Assembly (NCBI GenBank): GCA_950097015.1
Contig: CATNEN010000001.1
Span: 15,810,001-15,874,000 of the forward strand
Source of the DNA: Macrostomum hystrix
Lineage: Eukaryota; Animalia; Platyhelminthes
Length of the DNA stretch: 64,000 bases
Reading direction: 5' to 3'
Part shown: one piece after another, positions 51,907 to 64,000 of the stretch
Layout of the letters: each line of letters begins with the position of its first letter
Position numbering within the stretch: the first letter of the stretch is position 1
The notes under the pieces: generated by a model
The model's database searches: none
Told to the model about the DNA's origin: nothing
Seen by the model: only the letters and a program-made list of their open reading frames with translations
Position numbers and translations under genes: made by a program

Positions 51907-54900
51907 TCAGGGCTTGGCAGCACTGCCAGTGTAGACATTGTAGTACCTCGACCTTCCGCCCTGTACGGAGTTCTGCGGGCCGCGCGGCATGGCGCCAACG
52001 TTGGCGCTGAACTTGCCGGCCGGAGGTCGATAAGTAGGCAGGTCGACAATGTCGCGCTGTCGCCTCTTGCGCGAGGCGGCGTCCAAACCAGCCGCGGTGG
52101 AGGTGCCGGACGTTAAAGCACCGTCGAAGTGTCGATTTGGAGCCAGAGAAACTTTGCGCTTGGAACCGGCCCGCCAAGATGCCGAGGCGTCGCTAGTCAG
52201 TTGCGGCGGGTCGCACAACAATCCACCGCATAGTTGGATCACGTTAGATACGGTTGCTATGGCAACTGAAGCAGTGGCAGCCGAGCCACTATCAGATAGA
52301 GTGGCCGCTGCTGACGTCTTCTTGAGCGATTTCTGATAGGACTGGCTGGCACTGAAATGAAAAGAAGCATGACAGATTGAATCTGGGGATCTGGGAGTGT
52401 GACAGATTGAATCTGGGGATCTGGGAGTGTGACAGATTGAATCTGGGGATCTGGGAGTGTGACAGATTGAATCTGGGGATCTGGGAGTGTGACAGATTGA
52501 ATCTGGGGATCTGGGAGTGTGACAGATTGAATCTGGGGATCTGGGAGTGTGACGGATTGAATCTGGGGATCTGAGAGTGTGACAGATTGAATCTGGGGAT
52601 CTGGGAGTGTGACAGATTGAATCTGGGGATCTGGGAGTGTGACAGATTGAATCTGGAGATCTGGGAGTGTGACAGATTGAATCTGGGGATCTGGGAGTGT
52701 GACAGATTGAATCTGGGGATCTGGGAGTGTGACAGATTGAATCTGGGGATCTGGGAGTGTGACAGATTGAATCTGGGGATCTGGGAGTGTGACAGATTGA
52801 ATCTGGGGATCTGAGAGTGTGACAGATTGAATCTGGGGATCTGGGAGTGTGACAGATTGAATCTGGGGATCTGAGAGTGTGACAGATTGAATCTGGGGAT
52901 CTGGGAGTGTGACAGATTGAATCTGGGGATCTGGGAGTGTGACAGATGGAGTTTAAGATTCAGGAGTATAATGAATAGAAGTAGGGGAGCAGGTGGTCTA
53001 GGGATTGGAAACTGCAGCTTCAGCCCCAACAAGAGGATGCGCGCAAACTCACATCTGACAATTCTGCAGTCGCTTTCTGAGCACTTCCATCTCAGCGCTT
53101 CGTTGAGCAAAATAGTCCATCCTGGTTCGACCAAGTTCATACAAAGCTAGCAGCAGGCACTCCATGTTAGAGAAATTATATTCGGCAGTGATTGAAGCCT
53201 GAGCACGCTGCTGCTGCTGCTGAGGCAGTTCAGATTCAATGCAGGTCAGCAGGTTAGTTAGCTGGGAGTCGCTGGCTTTGAAATTCGGACCTGATCGATG
53301 AGCACAGTGCAAGAGGTTGTAGCCTCTGCTTTGCGGTTGTTAAGGGGAATTCGCTACAGACTTAATGAAGGTTGCTAAGGGGAATTCCCTACAGCTTTAA
53401 TGACGGTTGCTAAGGGGAATCCCCTACAGCCTTAATGACGGTTGCTAAGGACAGCCTTAATGAAGGTTGCTAAGGGGAATTCCCTAGAGCCTATATTAAG
53501 GTTGCTAAGTGGAATTCCCTACAGCTTTAATGACGGTTGCTAAGTGGAATCCCCTACAGCCTTAATGAAAGTTGCTAAGGGGAATTCCCTACAGCTTTAA
53601 TGAAGGTTGCTAAGGGGAATTCCCTACAGCTTTAATGACGGTTGCTAAGTGGAATTCCCTAGAGCCTATATTAAGGTTGCTAAGTGGAATTCCCTACAGC
53701 TTTAATGACGGTTGCTAAGTGGAATCCCCTACAGCCTTAATGAAAGTTGCTAAGGGGAATTCCCTACAGCTTTAATGAAGGTTGCTAAGGGGAATTCCCT
53801 ACAGCTTTAATGACGGTTGCTAAGTGGAATCCCCTACAGCCTTAATGACGGTTGCTAAGGACAGCCTTAATGAAGGTTGCTAAGGGGAATTCCCTAGAGC
53901 CTAAATTAAGGTTGCTATTGGGAATTCCCTACAGCTTTAATGACGGTTGGTAAGAGGAATTCCCTACAGCCTAAATTAAGGTTGCTATTGGGAATTCCCT
54001 ACAGCTTTAATGACGGTTGGTAAGGGGAATCCCCTACAGCCTCAATTAAGGTTGCTATTGGGAATTCCCTACAGCTTTAATGACGGTTGGTAAGGGGAAT
54101 CCCCTACAGCCTTAATGACGGTTGTTAAGGAGAATTCCATACAGCCTTAATGACGGTTGTAAAGGAGAATTCTCTAACAGCCTTAATGACGGTTGTTAAG
54201 GAAATTACCAACAGCCTTAATGACGGTTTTTAACGAGAATTCCCTACAGCCTTAGTGACGGTTGCTACGGAGAATCCCTACAGCATTAATGACGGTTGTC
54301 AAGGAAATTAGCTACAGCCTTAATGACGGTTGCTAAGGAGAATTCCCTGCAGGAGAATTCCGTACAGCCTTAATGACGATTGCAGTAGAGTTCTATTTCG
54401 CTAACTACTAGATAACAATTGATGCAAATGAAATAGCAAACTATTAGGCTGATAAGACAGTGCGTGTTTAATTACCAGTGTGATAGGCTAAGTCCGCAAA
54501 CAGCTGCAGCAGCTCCAGTCTTGGCCTATCGTCATCAATCAGGTCTGGCACTTTGCTCATCTGTGGCAGCACCTTCTCTAGGTAGTAGGCGACAAACTTC
54601 TCCGCATAGATGTTCTTCTGCGAATTGAAATAAGATTTTCGATTTCGACTTTTCCAAATTTAACTTACATACCGTCATTGGTTCTCATGCACACAGAGCG
54701 GTCAACGCGGTTGCCTCCGCGCCAAGTCCCCCTGAGCTCGATTCCGCGGCGAGGCCACATTCATTTGGGTGGTTTCTTGTGCAATTTACGCCCTTGGGGG
54801 CAAAAGGGCAATTTACGCCCTTAGTGCTTCGATGAGTTCATAGCAAAGCTGCAACTCACAGACAAGAACGGCAACGCCAGCCTGGAGCAGGCGCGAATCC

Positions 54901-57900
54901 TTGCCACGCAGACCGGGTCGCTAGGGTCGAACTCGGCTCTCTCCATGGGATCGATAGCGTCGGTGGCCTGCGCGCAGATGATGCCAACCAGTCTCTGCCG
55001 GCCGCTAATTGTCTGCATGCACTGCAGCGAGGCTAGGATTCTTATGAAGCTGGAGAATTCCGTCTCTGTCACATCGTCCAGCGCAGCCGTAACCCGATCA
55101 ACGATGGCCTCCTCAACTCGGGGCGTCATCTGGGCGCGATTCACGCACAGCAGCCGGTCGGCTAAGAATTTTATAGTGCATTGGCGAGCCGACTCAGGCA
55201 AATCCGGATGGCTCAGCTGGGCAAAGATACCGTCTATGGCCGAGAGGGTATCGGCGTTCAGCACCGACAGCAGCGACTGTTGGACCAGGGAGAGCTCCTG
55301 GACAGGCGGGACAGTGGTGGGACTGTGCGGAGCTGATCGTATGGAAACTGCGCTAGAAGAGGAATGATAGTGACGGAAAAGAGGGGATAAAGTGAGGGAA
55401 GATATGGGATGAAGTAAGGGAAGATATGGGATAAAGTAAGGGAAGATATGGGATAAAGTACGAGTAAGGGAAGATAAGGGATAAGGTGAGGGAAGATATG
55501 GGATAAAGTAAGGGAAGATATGGGATAAAGTACGAGTAAGGGAAGATAAGGGATAAGGTGAGGGAAGATATGGGATAAAGTAAGGGAAGATATGGGATAA
55601 AGTGAGGGAAGATATGGGATAAAGTGAGGGAAGATATGGGATAAAGTGAGGGAAGAGAGAAGATAAAGTGAGGGAAGAGAGGGGATAAAGTGAGGGAAGA
55701 TATGGGATAAAGTGAGGGAAGAGAGAAGATAAAGTGAGGGAAGAGAGGGGATAAAGTGAGGGAAGAGAGGGGATAAAGTGAGGGAAGAGAGGGGATAAAC
55801 GAAGGCAATATGGAGGGGATGCAGCGAGGGCAGAGATGAGAATGGGTGAGAGTGACAAAATAACACGGCATGCAACTCAGAGAGAGCAGCAGCAGCCAAA
55901 CCTTCTGGTCCTCAGTCTGCATGAGCTGCACCAGCACATCAGCCACCTTAGTAGTATACTCAGTCCACCTGCTACTAGAAGCCTTCCCCGAGCAGTTGCT
56001 GGAGCACAGCCTCGGCAGGCCGCTGATCACCTGCCTACGAGTCTGGCCATCATCGTCTTCAACCAGGTCGATGAGTGCGCTGAATGCAGCCTTCTGCTGA
56101 CTGTCCGATATGGTCAAGTCTGGCAGTAGGCGACAGATTAACTGAGCGGCTAAACGTTTGACATGCGGCTCAGCAGTGGATGTGGCATAGTCAGCAAGAA
56201 TCTTGTCGAATAGTGGACCATTCTGCCAGGAAAATAATTGGTCACGATTTACAGTCTATATTCTATAATATGTATTCCATGGCAAGTTTGAGTTCTAAGT
56301 TTGATTCCATGGCAAGGCCACATTTATTTGGGGCACAGCCACAGAGAGAAGGCTAGGTGTCTTGTCCTGCAATTTCTGCCTTTGAGGGCCAACCTCTAGC
56401 GCACAGTGTGAGTGTACACTGCCTGAAAATGAGAACTTCAGGGCAGATGTACACACCTGTGTGTATGCCTGACTATGGTATTTGTGTGTGTGTTCTCAAG
56501 AGTCAGTGGAATGGGCAGAATGGCCTCCTCGCAGGCTCTGGGTCTAGTGTCACAAAATGGTATGCCATTGCCCACAGCCCATCTGCAATTATTACATTAT
56601 TATTATGGGTAAATTATGTTTAAATGAACAGTGTTTTATATAATAAGCTTTTGATTGCTACAAAAGTGATATGCTTAAAATAAAAGCAACAATATATACA
56701 AGGGGTGTTGCAAAAGTTTCTGGACTAATGCTAATCCTGGTGACAATTTGTGTTTGATTTGGCTGAAAATTGATGTCTATGGTATTCAGCTGTAGAAAAG
56801 ACTTTTCCTAAAATGTTATGCAGCTTAGTCAACCACAGCATACATGAGGGCCAAAATAGGTTGCAACCCTTTGAAGCTGTTTAGACGATTTTTCACAAAC
56901 CAAAAGTGAGTGAAAATGAGTCAACCAAAGAATCCATCGGAGTTCGGGTCTAAGGAAAGCCAGCTTTCAATGACTGCTGAACCACCCAGCCTATAGTCCC
57001 GATCTCGCCGTCACCGATTTCCACTTTTTTGGCCCAATGAAGATGCCAATGCAGGGCGAGATCTTCACAATGCCCGAGGAGGTCATCGAAGCAGCCAACA
57101 AGTCTCTACGTCAGTTCGATGCCAGCTTCTGGGAGTCTGGCTTCGACAAGCTGATTCAGCACTACCGAAAATGCATCTCCGTAAATGGCGAATACATGGA
57201 GCGAGCCAGCAATCAACCTGTGGACACATCCGGCGATAGAAGCGACAGTGACAGTGATTGGTAGCTGTAACTCGGAAATTGTATTTCATGACTATAATAA
57301 TCTAGTGTACAATCGCTTATTACTTTGGACCATCAACTCCAAACTTTCTGAAACTTTATAATATTATAAAATACAGTTGCCTGTTCATCTGTTTCGATTT
57401 TTTGCTGAATCAGGCTAAAATTATCACCATGACAAGCATAAGTCCGGAAACTTTTGCAACATTCCTTGTATTAACATGTTTCAAGATTACTTTCACATGC
57501 ATGCATAATTTGCTTTTGCATGAGCTAAATACTCGATACAGTTTAACAGCTGTTAATTTTAAACTATAAAAACCACTGTTAAGAAAAAGTGATTAGGCCT
57601 ATAAAATTATGTTAAAAATATATTTTGCCATAAATTAAAATATTTACAAGCAATCATAGAACTTTAATTTTTGAGAAAAATAATTTTTGCTTTTTGTTAG
57701 CCTTTCAGGAACCCTAAAAGTATTTTTAGTATTGGTGAATTTTATCACTCTCATATAAGTAAAAACACCATTCTAGATTTAAAGGATTTTAAACATCAAA
57801 TTTTAACAAAAGTGTAGTAGGGATGCTTTTATCATTTTAAAGTCTAATTCGTACCTATGCTCTTTGTTTAAATGCGCTAAATATTTTTTATATGTAGGCC

Positions 57901-58693
57901 TAAAATATTATAAATATTCTGTCAAATTCATTTATTTAAACAAACCTTTTTTGTATATATAAACGAGTGCGATTCTTGTGAGACAAAGCAAGGTGCCAGT
58001 GTGGCGAAAAGCAAATAAGCTATAACTGAGTAAGAAAGTGTTCAAGTGTTGAGTTGGTTATTTGAGGCTGTGACCCTCTGATCCACAGAAAATGCCCAGC
58101 AAAGACTGGAGAATAAGAGACCAGTGCCTTAGAAGGATAAGCCGCTTGTGCCAAGAGATATGCTACCAAGAGAGAGAAAAGTAGTCATAAGCCCTGTTAC
58201 AAAAGTAATTTGCTAGACCATGCAAGCTAACCAATCCACTAAAAATTGGACCAATAAACATGTTGGCCTATGCTACTTTACAGCCTACCGTGTGATTAAA
58301 TAATTGCTAAATTAGAATTCTTACAATTCAAAAAGGACAAAAAACATTGGTCCTATCAAGAAACAATATCAAGAAGCATAGAGTACGCCTAGCTTCATAA
58401 TCATAGCTATCAGCTTGGTAGATTTAAGAGTTATAAATTTTAGCCTAGGCCTATACTATACCATTTTAATCAATTGAATTAGACATATTTAAGTTTAGAA
58501 ACAGCAAGACTAGACTAGACTTAACTACAGATCCAAGACTCAAGAAACAATAGCTAGCAATCAATCTTATTCTTACCTTATCAGAATTTTCTGCCAATTG
58601 ATTCTGTTTTATTTCATTAAAAAGAGCATATAAATCGTCAATTGAATCATTTCCAGCTTGCAATGGGTTTTGAATTAGAATTTCTGGATCCAT
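51907..58693 (-). CDS. API5: Apoptosis inhibitor 5 (API5/AAC-11) homologue, 6 exons, about 566 aa
   Basis: Exons 58693-58577, 56222-55902, 55297-54860, 54617-54476, 53290-53053, 52351-51907 (TGA); phases consistent. Recognisable API5 motifs: KRLAAQLI, LIDLVEDDDGQTRRQ, KVADVLVQLMQTED, MQTISGRQRLV, FSNMECLLLALYELGR, TYRPPAGKFSAN. Confidence 0.88.
52367..52946 (+). repeat. Minisatellite, 30 bp GACAGATTGAATCTGGGGATCTGGGAGTGT in an API5 intron
   Basis: Direct inspection. Confidence 0.96.
53330..54380 (+). repeat. Minisatellite, about 36 bp CCCTACAGCTTTAATGACGGTTGCTAAGGGGAATT in an API5 intron
   Basis: Direct inspection. Confidence 0.93.
54695..54800 (+). mobile_element. SINE family A, 5' fragment in an API5 intron
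   Basis: AGAGCGGTCAACGCG...CCTGAGCTCGATTCCGCGGCGAGGCCACATTCATTTGGG. Confidence 0.75.
55378..55800 (+). repeat. Minisatellite, about 22 bp GGGATAAAGTGAGGGAAGATAT in an API5 intron
   Basis: Direct inspection. Confidence 0.93.
56295..56605 (+). mobile_element. SINE family A, diverged copy in API5 intron 1
   Basis: Colinear but more diverged match (CpG decay), ATT tail. Confidence 0.8.
56699..57468 (+). mobile_element. Internally deleted mariner (Tc1/mariner) DNA transposon in API5 intron 1
   Basis: About 50-bp imperfect TIRs (CAAGGGGTGTTGCAAAAGTTTCTGGACT... / ...AGTCCGGAAACTTTTGCAACATTCCTTG) flanked by TA on both sides. Residual transposase C-terminus HPAYSPDLAVTDFHFFGPMK...YRKCISVNGEYME (mariner YSPDL motif). 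Confidence 0.92.
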
Positions 58694-59268
58694 AAAAAGG
58701 CCTGCTATGTATAAAAAAGTTAGTTAACACTAATAGTTACATACGAGGAATTCAAACGTAAGTAAAACTTTTAGAAAACGATAATCTATCACCAAAGTTG
58801 TCAGGGTCGTCACCAAATGCTAGTTAATGCCAGATTTTACACTTAAAATATCACTTTTGCACCCGACGTCAGAGGTCTAGACGGGTAAAAAGCTTAAAAT
58901 ATCTCTCGTCTAGCCTGGAAAAAGCTCATCTGTTTTAAAATACTAGTACTTTAATGCAGCAGGGCTAGAAATTAGAAACGATTCAATTGCGTTTTGTTTA
59001 ACCTGTTAAAAAACCTAAACTTAATAAACTTAATACGACTTTGTTTTATAGTGCTGTTTGAATAAAAACGAAACATTCATCAGCACGGAGCTGTCTGCTC
59101 TCCTCACGGGGCTGGCTCTCTCCTCTCCTCATTTTGTTCTCCTCTCTCCTTCAAAAATGGCAGAAAGAGAACTAAGCCGACGAATAATACCAATATTTCG
59201 CCGAACTCAGCGTCTCAATCGAAATCACGTTTCGACACAGTCACTCTAACCGATAGCAGCGAATTCGA

Positions 59269-62200
59269 ATGCTTGTAGCCTGCGACAGCGCGGTAGCTGA
59301 TGGAGGTATCCAATGCGACATTTGCGACCGCTGGTGCCACCGTAGTTGCTCTGGACTCTCCAAGGCGGCATTTGATGTTCTGGTGGACGATTCGGCAGAC
59401 TGTTTGCTCTGGTCTTTCCGAAACTGTAAGGATGCGGCTAGGACCTTCCTCTCAAAGGAGCTGCGCGCTTCAATGCGCTAATGAGTAGGATGGAACTTCT
59501 CGAAGCCAGGATCGAAAGTCTAGAAGCTTCTTGTGATGGCAGTGACACTAAGGCATCTATGCCAACCAAGAAACTCGACTTTGATTTGCTAGCCAATGAG
59601 GTGAGGCAGCGGACCATGAAGGCCAACAACCTTATTGTGTTTGGCCTAGACAATGACTCTGATGACAACTCAGTGGACAAGCTTCTCAAGGAGGGGCTAC
59701 AGTTGCAACCCTCTGACCTGTCTATCAAGAGCACTTGCCAAATTGGGAACAGGACTTCTAGAAAGGCATGGCCCCTAGCAATCCACTTCAAAGAAGAGAA
59801 AGACAAATTCATTGTCTTTAGCCGGCTGAACTGAAGAACCTCCGGGACTGTGAACAGTTTGCCAAAATCCAGATTGACAATTACTTAACAGAGCAGCAGA
59901 AAACAGGCTTGTCAGGGAGCTCAAAGAACGACAACTCAATGGCGAGAAGAACCTACGCATCCTCTACTCAAATGGTATGCCTTACATTAAAGAGGCTTGA
60001 CTGTCTCCCTCTAAAGTGCCAAACTCTAACCTTTTTTGCCAGCCAAATTTTCCTTTGCATTCTATTGATCCTGGTCAATCTTCTTTTGCTTTTCCTTAAC
60101 ATTTTATTCCTGTGATATCCCCTATTTATCTTTCATCTGCCTATCCTCCTTCTATTCCATCTCATTCTATTCCCTTGCTCTCTAGGATCTCTTGTAATCC
60201 TTGCTTCCTCCATCATCTGGATTCTCTTCCTCCTTTCTCTCCTTACATTCTTCATCATGTTGTTGGTATCCTTAAAGATCTTCACATCTATAGATATAAC
60301 CTAAATGATAACCTTACTTTCTTTAGCTGGAACATCAATGGTATGTATACAAGCAAGGAATTTAATTGTCTAAGCTAAGCTTGACCTAATTGAAGATATT
60401 GACAACAATGATCTTCTTAATTATTATATTATTTGTGTTTAAGAAACATACATTCAGAACTCCTCTTATCTTGATAGCACTAATCTTAGTAAAAACTTTA
60501 AAAAATCATTTGACTTGATTTTCAAGGATGCTTCTAAACACTCTAATATCAGTGAAGGTAGAGATTCTGGTGGCCTTTTTAGCAGATAAGAAAGATCTCA
60601 ATGATATGTATAATGTTATCTGCTTAGATCCTGACAATACTTTTCCCAACATTCAAGTCATACCTTTTAAGAACACTTTATCCAGCTGATTCATTTATTC
60701 TCTTAAACATATATATTCATCCTAAAAGCTATAAGTACTATAATGAAGATATTTGGAATGACATTTGTAATATTATTGATAATATTGTTTGTTGTAATGA
60801 ACATAATGCTATTATTAACTTGATTATTTTTGGAGACTTTAATGCACATGTTGGCTCCTCTGAGGAGCCACATGGGGATGGTAATAATATAATTTATCAC
60901 TTGAATCATGATATTCCTTTTACTATTCAGAGAAATAACATGGACAAAAAGATTTGCACTCAAGGTACCAAACTCCTCCAAATTCTTAATGCTAACAGTC
61001 TTCATATTACTGTAGCAGACCTCTCAGCTCTCTCTCTATTGAATTTGGGATTGGTGAGCTGAGTATTTGGGGGGGTGGTAGCGTAATTTATACGGGTGAG
61101 AGTAGGTATCTTCCACAAGTTCGGGTATACCTAAGGTAGCGCTAATGCCCGAGCGGCAAGACACTAGCTACTAAGGGGAACGGAATTTACTGCTGCTGGC
61201 ACGAGGGCTAAGGTTACTGATCTGGGGCACACAGTCCGTGGGGCGTATTAGGACGGATTGAAGTTGCCTAGTGAGCGCTTTCACACTCTCACTTATTTTC
61301 TTCTATGGAGTCCGGGATTAGTATAGTCTCATTAGGAGGATATAGGCTGAGTTTGGGACTTCAGGGGGGTATTTAGGGACTTCAGGTGGACTTCAGATAG
61401 ACTTCAGGTGGATTGTAGGCAGGATTTTAGGATGGCATACCGGGATATCAAAAGGATCGTAGGGTGGGTTTGGGTAAGGAAGGCCGACGAGAGATCTTTT
61501 GGGAGAGGATTGGGAAGGTAAAGGAATCTAACTGTTATTCGTATTAGGAAAATGACTAAGGAATTAGCAGTCTAGGCCTATCTGGAATTGAGGCATTTAA
61601 TTCAGCCTTTACTATCACTGAAATTTCTAAATGCATTAAAGATCTTAAATTAAAAAGGCAACTAGCAACAACAAAACTTTATGCAGACACCTTTAATTTT
61701 TTTCGTGAAGATTTGGCAAGTTCTTCATGCCTCTTGTTTAACAAACTTCTAGATCTTTGTATTTTCCCATCTGATAGGATCAATAATTGTTTACATCCTA
61801 TCTTTAAATGTTCTGGTGACAAAAATAATCCTGCTAACTATAGAGGAATTTGTGTGCAGCCACTCCTTAGTAAACTCTTATTAAATCTAGGCTTGATCTC
61901 CTTATTGCTGATAATAACCTTATCTCAGACCTCCAATATGGCTTTAAACCTATCCATAGTACTATCCATATTAGAACAATGTTTTAATTTATATAATATC
62001 ATTAGTACATCAATGGCTATCAAAAAGCCTATATTTGCCTGCTTCAAAGATTACAAAAAAGCATTTGACAGCATCCATCTACCAACACTGGCACAAGCTA
62101 GAAAAGAAAAGTATCAAAGGTCGTGTTTATAACATTATAAAGGATATGTACTCCAAGGCCAGCTTCTCATTAAGTCCAGACAAGCAAAGGGCATCTCAAA

Positions 62201-63780
62201 AGGTGTTCTCCAAGGCAACCCTCTCTGCTTCTCTTTTTGAACTATATATTGATTATAAGCTATTTTATCCGCTTATATGTTTCGTGTGTGATATATTATT
62301 TCAGAGCTAAACTGCTTCTCAGGCGGCTCAACAGTTGGTCGCTCCTCGACTGGGGTGAGATAGGAAGTCAAATGAAAGATGGAAGCGGCTCTCGGTTAGT
62401 TGTTAAAATCAAGCTGTTAAGGATTTGGCTTCCGACTCTAAGTCTAAGTCTTGGTTGTCTTAAACTAACTTCGTTGGTGTCTTATTCCAATAGTTCTTGT
62501 GAGCTAACACTCAAGAAAGTGGGTCTCTTGCCCGTGAGAACGTTAGAAGCCAAACTCTGGTCAGCGCATGTATATTTATACATGTCAAATTGGCTTCCAA
62601 TCACGTCATACATGATAATGAAATAGAGATATGAATACTCTAAAACAGCGCGATCACATGATTCTTTGCCCTCCCAAATCGTCCAGCTTACATATGCCTA
62701 GAAAGAGAAAGTTTTATCACGAGGCATTTGAGTGCCAGTTTCAGCGCTTGCATGATTCGAAAGCAAAAGTCATATCATGCAGACACTGTCACCCGCTCTT
62801 CTCGTGCCATGCCGTGCCAGCCGTTTCTCCTTTTGGTCTCCTTCGAAGTTCCAAAGGTCCTGGCATGGCTGCTCCCGCCGATTCTTATCAAGGTTACCAC
62901 CCTTTGCGCTCGCCGTTCCAATGTTGCCGAGCTGTCTTATCTCGCGGCATAGGCCTCCGCGCTTGGCCTGTGTTGCCTCTAAGTGCGGTTGACCTCTGGC
63001 GGTTGGCTGAAGCTTAATTTCGGCACATGTCTTCGCCGTCGACTCGTTCGTGAACTGCCGTTGCCGTTCTCCGTGTTAGTTCATAGCCTCGCCAGGTGCC
63101 TCGTGCTGAAACCAAAGTTTTGTAAGGGTCCCTAGCCTAATCCTAAGCCTGAGTTTCGATACTTCATATGAGTCGATTTCTAGTTGTTCATATTGATGAT
63201 ATTGTAGAGTCCCTAGAGTTAGCAAACATCAATTATATTTATCAAAGACAATCCAACCCTCATATTCGCATTTTTGCTGATGATCAGGCTCTTCTTGCTA
63301 ACTCAGCAGCTGAACTTCAATCCCTGATTAATTGCACAGAACTTTATTGCCAGCAAAACTACTTGGATTTGAACATTGATAAGACCAAAGTAGTCATATT
63401 TAGCAACTCTAAAAGGATTAAGAGCTCAAATGATAATTACCTCCAATTTATCTATAAAAATGAACCCACTGAAATTATTGAAAGCTTCAAGTATCTAGGT
63501 ATATAAAATTTGACAGTCACCTGAATTTTATAGCCTGCTTGGACTACCAAGCAAAACAAGGTTATGCAGCAATGTTTTCACTTCTTTATAGGATTAATAA
63601 TACATCCATTGACATCTTGCTTATTAAACACTTATTTGAGACTCTTGTCATTACTGGCATCACTTATGGATGTGAGATCTGGGGGTCCATTAGCAAGCCA
63701 CTCAACTTGCTGAGCTTGACAAAATCCAAACTAAATTCTACAAAGTCCTTCTTAACCTTCCTTCTTGCACAAGCAATAAA
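59269..63780 (+). mobile_element. Decayed non-LTR retrotransposon (CR1/L2-like): PHD-finger ORF1 plus APE endonuclease/RT ORF2 remnants
   Basis: ORF1 fragments IQCDICDRWCHRSCSGL (PHD) and RQRTMKANNLIVFGL. Endonuclease fragments FFSWNING and IIFGDFNAH. RT fragments NPANYRGI, DYKKAFDSI, LFELYID, IFADDQ, LNIDKTKVVIFS, FKYLGI. Many stops and frameshifts; interrupted near 61011-61585 and 62254-63189. Confidence 0.88.
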
Positions 63781-64000
63781 GTTATCCCCGATGTTAAAAA
63801 TATCGTCCGGCGGACTCTGATTTTTTGGTCCACCAGACTCCGCTTTTTAGTTTATTGTACGCCTAACTTTAGTCGAAAAGACGTCCGCTTTCGGCCAACG
63901 GCCAAAATGTTGTAAATACTACTATTAGTAGTGTAGCTCTGAATAAAAAATTGTATTCATTATTCTCTCGTATTCCTTTAAATAACTTATTCACATTAAC

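Noticed and set aside
62237-63017. ORFs of 70-130 aa inside the LINE insertion
   Set aside because: No recognisable motifs, and overlapping frames give no coding signal.

Overview
Eukaryotic (metazoan) genomic DNA with GC-rich exons and introns swollen by minisatellites and SINEs. The style is reminiscent of a free-living flatworm such as Macrostomum (an inference, not verified). Four spliced protein-coding genes were reconstructed exon by exon with GT-AG boundaries and consistent phases: (1) slit on + (30 exons in the window, 5' end upstream; 4 LRR domains, 6 EGF, LamG, 1 EGF, cystine knot); (2) a sphingolipid delta(4)-desaturase (DEGS) on -; (3) a Rac/Cdc42-like Rho GTPase on +; (4) apoptosis inhibitor 5 (API5) on -. 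Also present: about 13 copies or fragments of one tRNA-derived SINE, 3 copies of a second CORE-like SINE, an internally deleted mariner, a decayed PHD-ORF1 LINE with secondary insertions, and about 26 tandem arrays. Most long ORFs in the track are translations of these arrays. No undescribed system is established. The best leads are: seven arrays of different period sharing a TCTAACA(G) core that resembles branch point plus AG|GT; an inverted SINE pair bracketing the catalytic DEGS exon; a satellite block bounded by a 53-bp direct repeat; HDV-ribozyme-like motifs in the SINE 3' end; and orphan exons at 35.9-41.3 kb.
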